IMG/VR virus record: IMGVR_UViG_3300048599_000097
Location: 1 to 64,000 of that record
Strand: one strand, 5' to 3'
Source of the DNA: a virus
DNA length: 64,000 nucleotides
In this document: one piece after another, positions 28,288-35,606 of the stretch
How positions within the stretch are numbered: position 1 is the first letter of the stretch
Layout: every line of letters starts with the position of its first letter
Position numbers and translations under genes: made by a program
The notes under the pieces: generated by a model
Told to the model about the DNA's origin: nothing
Database searches by the model: none
The model's input: only the letters and a program-made list of their open reading frames with translations

Positions 28288-28536
28288 ATGACGCGTCAAA
28301 ACAATAAACAGTTAATTTAGTATATCGGTACATACGGATGCTTTTTCATGTGCATCGTTTATTGGCTTAATCTTGTAGCAAACAACGTCGAAATTGGATG
28401 CGACAATCTGAATAGAGTCTGGATGACCGCGCTTGATACCAATGTCATATCAGGCGACGAAAATCATGATGGAGAATTGCTAATTAGTGATATAGATAAA
28501 GACAACAACACATATGTAAACGTAAGGTTTACATAA
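28288..28536 (+). pseudogene. truncated paralogue of 29560..30012 with an in-frame TAG
   Basis: AAGGAGA SD and ATG 28288, then TAG at 28318-28320 in the same frame as track ORF 28348..28536. YIGTYGCFFMCIVYW...ISGDENHDGELLISD aligns with YINKYGCLYMDMCYW...ISGDVNHDG...LLILD. The C-terminal half is missing. Confidence 0.5.
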
Positions 28537-28553
28537 TATAAAGGAGCAACAAA

Positions 28554-28976
28554 ATGAAAGAATGGTTCGAGAAACTAACAAAGGATCTAAAAGGTACAGT
28601 AGGATATATTTCCCTCTGTATCATTCTTATCCTTATCACAGCTTCTGTTACTGGAACAGCAGCAACTGCATCATTTAATAAAACTATAAATCTACGTATA
28701 GATCAGAGGATAGATGCTAGACTTAATGAATCTGCTCTTCCTATGCTGAGAGAAATCAAGCAAAGTGTAGACTTCCTTGTAGCATCATCCTATTCTGATT
28801 ATATTGTGAAACTTAATAAACAATTAGAAAAAATAAAAGATGATCCTGTAGATATAAAGATGATAGATATGGAGGATGTCTTGCAGAAATGGAAGACCTT
28901 CCCTGAAGATAGAAAAACAGACGACCTTATAGCTAAGTATACTATTATTAGAAATTGGTACTCTAAACATCAATGA
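28554..28976 (+). CDS. type II membrane protein (N-terminal TM, helical ectodomain)
   Basis: AAGGAG SD. TM segment YISLCIILILITASVTGTA. 140 aa. Confidence 0.5.
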   Translation: MKEWFEKLTKDLKGTVGYISLCIILILITASVTGTAATASFNKTINLRIDQRIDARLNESALPMLREIKQSVDFLVASSYSDYIVKLNKQLEKIKDDPVDIKMIDMEDVLQKWKTFPEDRKTDDLIAKYTIIRNWYSKHQ

Positions 28977-29563
28977 CATACCTAGATTATTTTAATATCT
29001 GCACAAACCCATCAAACTACATAACTGTGGGGCATCTTCAGTATAAAGTTGTAGACGGAACACTTTATTTTCAGTGCTCACATGGACAGGAGGACTGGTT
29101 ATCCAACTTTGATTTCCCTGCTATCCCGTATAAACATATGACAGAGAAGTTCTATGTTCATAAGGGATTTCTGCTCATGTGGAAACAAGTAAGAGATATT
29201 ATAGTTACACTAGATTTTGACACTATAGTTGGCTATAGTCAAGGTGCTGTCTTTGCTGCCTTAGCATACGAAGACACTTATTTTACAAAAGGCATTAAGT
29301 GTACTTGTATAACGTTTGGTTGTCCTAGATTCCTATTCGCGCCTACTAAATCAATTAAGGAACGCTTCTCCGGTGTTCTTAGGATTAAGAATCCTACTGA
29401 TATAGTCACACATGTACCCCCTGTGGTGTTTGGGTATAGACACATAGGAAAGAAACTCGTCCTAAAGAATAAAGCTAAAAAGCCATCTAAGGTTTCTTGG
29501 CCTATCTGGTTATCAGGACATAACCCAGATAGATATTCACAAAACTTGGAGGAAATAGAATGA
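28973..29563 (+). CDS. class 3 lipase-like alpha/beta hydrolase
   Basis: GYSQGAVFAA (GxSxG nucleophile elbow) and ITFGCPRF...IKNPTDIVTHVPP match the Lipase_3 pattern. ATGA overlap with the upstream gene. Confidence 0.65.
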   Translation: MTYLDYFNICTNPSNYITVGHLQYKVVDGTLYFQCSHGQEDWLSNFDFPAIPYKHMTEKFYVHKGFLLMWKQVRDIIVTLDFDTIVGYSQGAVFAALAYEDTYFTKGIKCTCITFGCPRFLFAPTKSIKERFSGVLRIKNPTDIVTHVPPVVFGYRHIGKKLVLKNKAKKPSKVSWPIWLSGHNPDRYSQNLEEIE

Positions 29564-30012
29564 AGCATCAAACAGACGCGGCACTAGAGCACTATATAAA
29601 TAAATATGGATGTCTCTACATGGATATGTGTTACTGGTTCAAATGGCGAACATCGGGGTCAGAACCGACATATGCCTTCCTCAATGGAACATGGGAGAAG
29701 GCCATAAATGATGGTATTATTTCTGGTGATGTAAATCATGACGGAGACTTTGACGATAGAGAAGAACTGCTTATTTTAGATAAGAATGCTCTCTTGCATC
29801 TTGCTGAGATACCACTAAAATACATGGGATCATTTCCTTCAGATTACGAGATAAAAGACAATATATATCTCATAGGGGAGTTCTATAATAAACGAACTAA
29901 CTTCACTCACTTTGTTGTTATAGGAAAGGATAAGAAAAGAATATATGACCCTATTCCAGACTCTGTAACATATAAAGAAGGTATATTAAAAAGCATCCGA
30001 ATATTTGCTTAG
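29560..30012 (+). CDS. hypothetical protein, possible cysteine-peptidase-type lysin
   Basis: Conserved YGC...CYW near the N-terminus and THFVV later are compatible with a Cys/His hydrolase (weak). Sits in a lysis-like neighbourhood. Confidence 0.4.
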   Translation: MKHQTDAALEHYINKYGCLYMDMCYWFKWRTSGSEPTYAFLNGTWEKAINDGIISGDVNHDGDFDDREELLILDKNALLHLAEIPLKYMGSFPSDYEIKDNIYLIGEFYNKRTNFTHFVVIGKDKKRIYDPIPDSVTYKEGILKSIRIFA

Positions 30013-30023
30013 GGTACTTGACA

Positions 30024-30053
30024 AACCTACCTATTTATGGTAGGTTTTTAATT
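30024..30053 (+). terminator. rho-independent terminator
   Basis: AACCTACC (30024-30031) / GGTAGGTT (30039-30046) followed by TTTAATT. Confidence 0.7.
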
Positions 30054-30074
30054 ATTTGCTCAATAGGAGATACC

Positions 30075-31307
30075 TTGATTAAACGCGAAAATGCCCTTAT
30101 AAAAGCTGACTATGTAAGTAAATATGGGAGGAAAGAGGCTTGTCAACACTTCCACATATCAGAAAGCAAGTTAAATGAATACCTTGCTGTAGCTTCTTAT
30201 GAGGAGAATGAGGAAGAAGTCACAGACGATCTAGTAAAGCTCTCTGCCCAAAAGCAACGTTTAACTGACATCAACAGTGTCATCAAGAAGGAAAACAGAG
30301 AGTCTTATAGGCTCTATAACTCCCTTGATGAAGTCTATAGAGAGTATACTACATTACTGAAATCTTGTCCACTAGCAGATTTCAAAATAGAGCCTATTGG
30401 TGGAATACCAGAAGCAAAGCCTAAATGGGGAATTTTGCAGTTGAGCGATATACACGCGGGAGAAACAATAGACCCCAGAGAATCTAATGGCAACTGTTTT
30501 GATTTCCTCGTATTTGCAAAAAGACTCCAAAAGTTTGTAGCTAGATCCAAGATAGCTTTTAAAGCATCAGGAATAACTAATGTGCTTATAGCAGGTACCG
30601 GAGACTGGATTAACAGCGATAGAAGATTATCTGAGAAGCTGGTTTCTGCTACTACTCGTATAAGAGCATCTTTGCTCACTACATATCTAGTCCAGCAAGC
30701 CATAATAGACTTATCTAAAGACTTCACAGTTGCATTTGCTGGTGTGGTTGGAAATGAGGCACGTTCGCCAGATGATAACTTTGACACAGCAGATGTTCTT
30801 GCCGCTGATAACTTTGACTACCTTATTTACGAACAACTAAAAATGCTGTTTGCCGGAAAACCAGTGACTTTTCCTGAATTGCAGAATCATGTAAATGATG
30901 TAGTGAAACTTCCGAATGGCTTTAATGTCCTTCTGACTCATGGTACTTTCTTTAAGAATTCCCCAGATAGATCCCTTCCCAAGATAGTTCAGAATTATAC
31001 TCTACAGGGAATCCCGATACATATGGCTCTATGCGGACATATACATAGTGCAGCAGTAGGAGATATAGTTAGTCGTTCTGCATCCCTTTGTGGAGGCAAT
31101 TCCTATAGTACCAATGATCTTGGCTGTGCAAGTAGGGCTAGTCAGAACATTTATATCATCAATGAAGACCTCGGATATGATGGCATTAAGATAGACCTTC
31201 AGAACACTGATGGATATGAAGGCTATCATATTATACCCGAGTTAGAGAGATACAACGTCCGCAGTGCTTCCTCTAATACAAAGGTAACAATAACCTCCCT
31301 TGTATGA
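30075..31307 (+). CDS. calcineurin-like metallophosphoesterase with an N-terminal helical extension
   Basis: AGGAGA SD, TTG start. Motifs LSDIHAG, GTGDWINSD, GNEAR, LTHG and CGHIHS. The upstream part of the track ORF lies in the terminator. Confidence 0.65.
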   Translation: MIKRENALIKADYVSKYGRKEACQHFHISESKLNEYLAVASYEENEEEVTDDLVKLSAQKQRLTDINSVIKKENRESYRLYNSLDEVYREYTTLLKSCPLADFKIEPIGGIPEAKPKWGILQLSDIHAGETIDPRESNGNCFDFLVFAKRLQKFVARSKIAFKASGITNVLIAGTGDWINSDRRLSEKLVSATTRIRASLLTTYLVQQAIIDLSKDFTVAFAGVVGNEARSPDDNFDTADVLAADNFDYLIYEQLKMLFAGKPVTFPELQNHVNDVVKLPNGFNVLLTHGTFFKNSPDRSLPKIVQNYTLQGIPIHMALCGHIHSAAVGDIVSRSASLCGGNSYSTNDLGCASRASQNIYIINEDLGYDGIKIDLQNTDGYEGYHIIPELERYNVRSASSNTKVTITSLV

Positions 31308-31350
31308 GGGTTCTTGACAGTTTCCTCCAGAAGTGTATGATTTTGTATAC
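31303..31350 (+). promoter_or_regulatory. promoter family member
   Basis: TATGAGGGTTC-TTGACA 31314-31319, 16-nt spacer ending in TG, TATGAT 31336-31341, then TTGTATAC. Confidence 0.65.
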
Positions 31351-31365
31351 TATTTGGAGGAAACT

Positions 31366-31635
31366 GTGTTCGACTTATTTTCTTGTGTTGCTCTTTGGAT
31401 AGCGGGTGCTCTTATAGTCGCCGGACTCACCCAGTGGACCAAATCCTTCATTAAACTCAAATCCCCACATAAATGGATTTACGGCATTATTTCTGCCGGA
31501 ATAGCCTTCTCTGCAGCTTATGCCGGTGGGGGTACTACTATTCTGTGGAACTTCCTTGGTATTCTTGCTGTATCACAGCTTGGATACGAGCATATAATGC
31601 AGAAGTTCCTATTTAAGAAAACAGAGGAAAAATAG
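31366..31635 (+). CDS. holin candidate (three TM segments, charged C-terminus)
   Basis: GGAGG SD, GTG 31366. 89 aa with three hydrophobic helices and a KKTEEK tail. Confidence 0.55.
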   Translation: MFDLFSCVALWIAGALIVAGLTQWTKSFIKLKSPHKWIYGIISAGIAFSAAYAGGGTTILWNFLGILAVSQLGYEHIMQKFLFKKTEEK

Positions 31636-32060
31636 TGTGCAAAAGATATTTGCTTATATTGGTGGCTCTCTTCTTACCATTGCTCTGTTATTCGGAGGAG
31701 GCCTCCTCACAGGTCGTCTTACAGCAAATAAACAGTCAAGCAAAACTGGCTCAGAATATAGTGGTGAGATTAGTCGAATCGTTGAACTTACGAGAGGCTA
31801 CATTACAGAGCGACAGACAGAACTTCGAGCAAGAGAAACAAGCATTTCAGCAAGAGAAGCTAGAGTTTCAGAAAGAGAAAGACTCCTACGAGAAGCAGAA
31901 GACAGAGCAAAGTCAGACCGAACAGACCTTACTGAACTTGGACAAGTCTTATCAAACATTGTTAGCCTCTCAGAAACGAAATGAGAAAATAATGTGGGGC
32001 CTTGGTGGTGTTAGTATAATTAGTATACTTACCACTGTAGTTATAGCTTTAGTTAAATAA
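31635..32060 (+). CDS. unimolecular-spanin-like protein (N-terminal signal with Cys, coiled coil, C-terminal TM)
   Basis: GTG overlaps the holin stop. LLILVALFLPLLCYS signal, Q/E/K heptads, C-terminal TM GLGGVSIISILTTVVIALV. It fills the gap up to the next gene. Confidence 0.45.
   Translation: MCKRYLLILVALFLPLLCYSEEASSQVVLQQINSQAKLAQNIVVRLVESLNLREATLQSDRQNFEQEKQAFQQEKLEFQKEKDSYEKQKTEQSQTEQTLLNLDKSYQTLLASQKRNEKIMWGLGGVSIISILTTVVIALVK
31637..31984 (+). CDS. alternative-frame ORF: type II membrane coiled-coil protein (i-spanin-like)
   Basis: Starts 2 nt after the other frame. Clean TM IFAYIGGSLLTIALLFGGGLLTG followed by an R/E coiled coil. May be an overlapping gene or a shadow of the GA-rich repeat. 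Confidence 0.3.
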   Translation: MQKIFAYIGGSLLTIALLFGGGLLTGRLTANKQSSKTGSEYSGEISRIVELTRGYITERQTELRARETSISAREARVSERERLLREAEDRAKSDRTDLTELGQVLSNIVSLSETK

Positions 32061-32070
32061 GGAAGTGAAC

Positions 32071-32601
32071 ATGGCCTATATACCGTACCAGTTCGAGAAA
32101 ACTACTTGTGCAATGGTTGCTGATGAATTCCTTATCGCTGGTAAGGTCTGGCGCATAGGTCGTTATTTTTCAGCCATTCCTGTTAGTGGTTATGCCACTA
32201 TCAAGTTTCACACCCCTGCTAATAAGATAACTCTATACCAGCTTAAAGAAGTAAATAAGACTGGTGGGGAATTTATCTATAGTATGGTCGAAGGTGGTAC
32301 ATATGCAGGAGGAACAGCATATGGAACTCCGTTTAATCTTCGTAGACAGAATAGAAATGATACTCTTTTATTAACCAGCATTCAATATGGAATAAGTCCA
32401 ACCGCTACTATATCTAACGGAGTAGAATCCCCTCCTAGGGGATTGCCGGGGGAATCACAGGGGTCTCAGAAAACAGCAAGTGGACTCGGGGGTGATTTTA
32501 TGGAATTACTTCCCGACACAGATTACGTACTTAAACTGACAAATCTTGGAACCGTAGCAGGTAATGGCAATATACTTGTAGACTTAGTTGTGGCTATCTA
32601 A
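32071..32601 (+). CDS. hypothetical beta-rich protein
   Basis: AAGGAAG SD, ATG 32071. 176 aa, the last + strand gene. Confidence 0.5.
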   Translation: MAYIPYQFEKTTCAMVADEFLIAGKVWRIGRYFSAIPVSGYATIKFHTPANKITLYQLKEVNKTGGEFIYSMVEGGTYAGGTAYGTPFNLRRQNRNDTLLLTSIQYGISPTATISNGVESPPRGLPGESQGSQKTASGLGGDFMELLPDTDYVLKLTNLGTVAGNGNILVDLVVAI

Positions 32602-32855
32602 GGAGAAAATATGGCAACAGAATACTGCATAGTTCTGGGAAAGTAATCTTTCCGCATGTGGCCCAGTGTTGCAATATCCACTAGGCCATTTTTATCTGCT
32701 TTTGCCACCCTGATAAACTCCTCATCGGTATCCCCTAAATATAACCACTCCCATCCCCATTTATCTATAATAGTAGGGGGATTCTCTGGTATAGGTACAA
32801 GAGTATATTGTGTTTGGCCATAGTTCCCTTCATATTCTACTACTTTACCTTTCAT
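32598..32855 (-). CDS. hypothetical protein
   Basis: 85 aa, the last gene of the - strand block. Its stop overlaps the stop of the convergent + gene. Confidence 0.5.
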   Translation of the reverse strand: MKGKVVEYEGNYGQTQYTLVPIPENPPTIIDKWGWEWLYLGDTDEEFIRVAKADKNGLVDIATLGHMRKDYFPRTMQYSVAIFSP

Positions 32856-33454
32856 TGCTTCTGTACCTGTGATACTTGTCCTTTAAGCCACACATCATAG
32901 CAGGTATCAGCAACTTCCCTGATTGCATCAGAGTGGGTTGGCATGATAACCTGAATCCCCAGTTCATTAGCTATAGTGCTAAATACCGCAGCAAAACGAG
33001 GAGCATCCTTAGCTGAGAGATGCTTAGTAGCCTCGTCAAGTATCAGGATAGGTCTGGTATCAGATAGGCTCCAAATAGCAAGACGGAGAGCTATGCATGA
33101 TGTATCACAGATTCCTCCACCGTCGTTGCCCATAGGATCCACCTGATGAGTTCCTTTGTAGAATTTGAGGTTTGCTTCACTCTTACCGCGCTTCACTTCA
33201 TACTCCAATTCAAAGGAATACTCGGGGAAGGTTGTCTCAAGGATCTTATTGACTATATCTTCTATCTTAAAGCGTAGCTGTGTCTGTGTCTCTACAGCAA
33301 TCTTCTGGATAATGGTCTGAGCCTCAATAATAGACAAAGCCCGTGCCTTGAGATAGGTATGATGCTCTTGGGCTTCCTCAAGTTGCTTCTGGAGCAGAGA
33401 ACGCTCACCAAGCTTCCTTGTGGTGAAGTCTTTATACTTTGATATGTTACTCAC
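32852..33454 (-). CDS. Rad50/SbcC-like ATPase, C-terminal half
   Basis: Coiled coil followed by DGGG signature-like, Walker B ILILDEATKHL and H-loop MPTHSD. 200 aa with no Walker A. Confidence 0.7.
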   Translation of the reverse strand: MSNISKYKDFTTRKLGERSLLQKQLEEAQEHHTYLKARALSIIEAQTIIQKIAVETQTQLRFKIEDIVNKILETTFPEYSFELEYEVKRGKSEANLKFYKGTHQVDPMGNDGGGICDTSCIALRLAIWSLSDTRPILILDEATKHLSAKDAPRFAAVFSTIANELGIQVIMPTHSDAIREVADTCYDVWLKGQVSQVQKQ

Positions 33455-33654
33455 TACTCAATCCTATTATATATTCTAGCTAGTACAGAAGACTGCTTAA
33501 AGGACAAATCACCGTTATTCTTCTGCATAGTGTCAAATATAGAGTCAATAAAAGAAGCCTCCCAGTCATTTACACTCAGGAGATTTCTCTGCCTAGCACC
33601 CTGAATGGTATTTAGCTGTCTATGCCATTTGTCCTTGGTTTCTTGACTAATCAT
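33454..33654 (-). CDS. hypothetical protein
   Basis: ATGA overlap with the upstream gene and a GGAG SD. 66 aa. Confidence 0.45.
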   Translation of the reverse strand: MISQETKDKWHRQLNTIQGARQRNLLSVNDWEASFIDSIFDTMQKNNGDLSFKQSSVLARIYNRIE

Positions 33655-33893
33655 ACAAAACTCCAAGAATAAAGTCCTTTAAGCTCTTCAAACACCTTAT
33701 CTCTATCAGCTACATCAGCTTCTACATCCTCTTCCATCTCAGCCAGTTTAGCTTCAAGTTCGCCGATATCCTCGGTCTTATAGTTCTTGAGCCAATCTGC
33801 CTTGATGGACTCCATAGCACCCTCAGCCTTAGCCTGTTTCTGCTTGAGGGTGTCTACCTTAGTTTTAATTGATTCAAACGTTTTTGTGTCCAT
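33651..33893 (-). CDS. hypothetical coiled-coil protein (80 aa)
   Basis: ATG 33893 overlaps the upstream stop (TAATG). The longer track start lies in another small gene. Confidence 0.45.
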   Translation of the reverse strand: MDTKTFESIKTKVDTLKQKQAKAEGAMESIKADWLKNYKTEDIGELEAKLAEMEEDVEADVADRDKVFEELKGLYSWSFV

Positions 33894-34045
33894 TACAGAA
33901 CCCCCAGAATCTTGAAGAAAGCCTTTCCAGCAAACACCAGAAGCCACCCAGCACCACATACAAGGGCAAGCCCAATGCACACTGCTATGCACGTTCCCAT
34001 AAGACCCAGGATCTCTTCGTCCAGTTTAGCCCAGTCAATTTTCAT
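33893..34045 (-). CDS. small membrane protein (50 aa)
   Basis: ATGA overlap with the nuclease gene stop. One TM, CIAVCIGLALVCGAGWLLVFAG. Below the track cutoff. Confidence 0.4.
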   Translation of the reverse strand: MKIDWAKLDEEILGLMGTCIAVCIGLALVCGAGWLLVFAGKAFFKILGVL

Positions 34046-34923
34046 TCTACACCTTCCTTTATTTCGTCTATAATCTTAATAGCCCCTTCCGAGACTTTGT
34101 TATACTCTACATAGTAGTAGAGATTCTTAATATAGTCAAGTGAAACGTCAGTTTTCCCGGACTTCATCGCTTCCAGTACAGACTCTATCTCAGCTACACG
34201 CTCACGCTTGCGAAGAAGATGCTCTTCCGTTATGAGCAGGGGATCGTGCGGGAGTTTTATCTCTTTGATTTCGTCTGTATCAGTGTCTATAAGATATACT
34301 ACAGGCCATTCATTTTTCTCCCCCACAGTTTGCACTGTCATTTTTCCGGGGTTGATAACATATCTACCTGCATTTTCATAGACAAAAGGTTTATGCATAT
34401 CACCTGAAATACACCACTTCGTATTATACTTGTCTAATAGCCCCTGCGCTGTCATAGCTTCTACAGAAAATGGAATATCGTCTTCCGTCTTGAAGGTTAG
34501 TGTATGGATAAGGGTGATTTCATCATTAAGCCTATGACTGTGCTCGAACCGAGAATTTTCTACATGTTCAACACTATCACAATAAATAAGTTTATCGGAA
34601 TGCAGTGCCTTAATGAGTCCCACGGAGGATTGATAAATATTCGCCTCCCGTCTGTATGGTAAGACATGATTACCTCCAATAGTATAGAATTTACCATGAA
34701 GTTTAGACATTACTCTAAAAAACATAGACATAACACTATCACTTAGATGAGGACTATCAGTAAGATCTCCCGCACAAAGGATGTCCGCTTGATACTGGTT
34801 GGCTGTATCCACGATAAACTGCAAAGCCGTTTCTTGAAAGATTAACCATTCTTCTGGCGTTTCCTTTCTGCAAATAGGGGTATCTGGACGTAGATGATTA
34901 TCTGCTGTAGCAATGTACCTCAT
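34042..34923 (-). CDS. Mre11/SbcD-like nuclease (T4 gp47-like)
   Basis: Metallophosphoesterase motifs TADNH, AGDLTDS, GGNHV and SGDMHKP. 293 aa. Confidence 0.8.
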   Translation of the reverse strand: MRYIATADNHLRPDTPICRKETPEEWLIFQETALQFIVDTANQYQADILCAGDLTDSPHLSDSVMSMFFRVMSKLHGKFYTIGGNHVLPYRREANIYQSSVGLIKALHSDKLIYCDSVEHVENSRFEHSHRLNDEITLIHTLTFKTEDDIPFSVEAMTAQGLLDKYNTKWCISGDMHKPFVYENAGRYVINPGKMTVQTVGEKNEWPVVYLIDTDTDEIKEIKLPHDPLLITEEHLLRKRERVAEIESVLEAMKSGKTDVSLDYIKNLYYYVEYNKVSEGAIKIIDEIKEGVE

Positions 34924-35585
34924 ATTTCAAGCTCCTCGTCTGTAAATATATCTGGAAGAAATTCTCTACGCACCAACCCATGCTTTAATACATATTTGCA
35001 ATACTGGAGAGACGCCTCCCGTTCAGTATCATAATATCCCATACGAGTAAGTACCCCGTCTACTGTGCAACGCATCGCCCATTTATTTATATCCGGACAT
35101 AGTTCCGCGCCCACTAATTTTTCAGTTCTGTGTTCTATCCTATTACAACTGTTTTCTCTGTAATTACATTCTCTTAAATTACTAATCTTATTATTTTGTG
35201 TATTTCCGTCAATGTGGTCTATATGTTCTGCCCATCTTCCATATGTGAGAAACCACGCTAATTGATGCAATCTAAAATTTCTATTAAGAATACTGGTAAT
35301 GTAGTAACCGTCTTTTCCCAACCGGATTTTAATGGGTTTCTTAATACCAGTAATAGACCCTGTTTCTGGATCATAATTTATATGCTGGGCCATGTCTGCC
35401 ACAGTCATAGATCTCCCTTTCAGGTTATCTTCCAAATACTTCTTGGATAAATATTCTTGATGGTCAATTTTATACTGAATAGCGCATTTTTTACATCTAT
35501 TAGTATGCCCATCTTTGCTGTGTTTGTCTTTATAGAACTCTGTTAAATCCTTTACCACACCACACTTATGGCATATCTTACTCAT
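34920..35585 (-). CDS. free-standing HNH endonuclease
   Basis: Zinc ribbon CHKCGVVKDLTEF...DGHTNRCKKC (same type as in 16630..17532). HNH motif HIDHIDGNTQNNKISNLRECNYRENS. Confidence 0.8.
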   Translation of the reverse strand: MSKICHKCGVVKDLTEFYKDKHSKDGHTNRCKKCAIQYKIDHQEYLSKKYLEDNLKGRSMTVADMAQHINYDPETGSITGIKKPIKIRLGKDGYYITSILNRNFRLHQLAWFLTYGRWAEHIDHIDGNTQNNKISNLRECNYRENSCNRIEHRTEKLVGAELCPDINKWAMRCTVDGVLTRMGYYDTEREASLQYCKYVLKHGLVRREFLPDIFTDEELEI

Positions 35586-35606
35586 ATGGATCCCCCCCAT
35601 ATAATA

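Noticed and set aside
28318-28320. In-frame TAG as evidence for amber reassignment (alternative genetic code)
   Set aside because: TAG is used as an ordinary terminator by several confident genes (977-979, 4912-4914, 15549-15551, 31633-31635). No CUA-anticodon tRNA is seen. A pseudogene is the simpler explanation.
31333-31365. Upstream start (31333) for the holin ORF given in the track
   Set aside because: That start lies inside the -10 hexamer of promoter 31303-31350. GTG 31366 has a GGAGG SD.
32598-32601. Convergent + and - gene blocks overlapping by their stop codons with no terminator between them
   Set aside because: This is real, but it is an ordinary consequence of compact phage genomes. 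I found no hairpin or repeat structure to suggest a special element.
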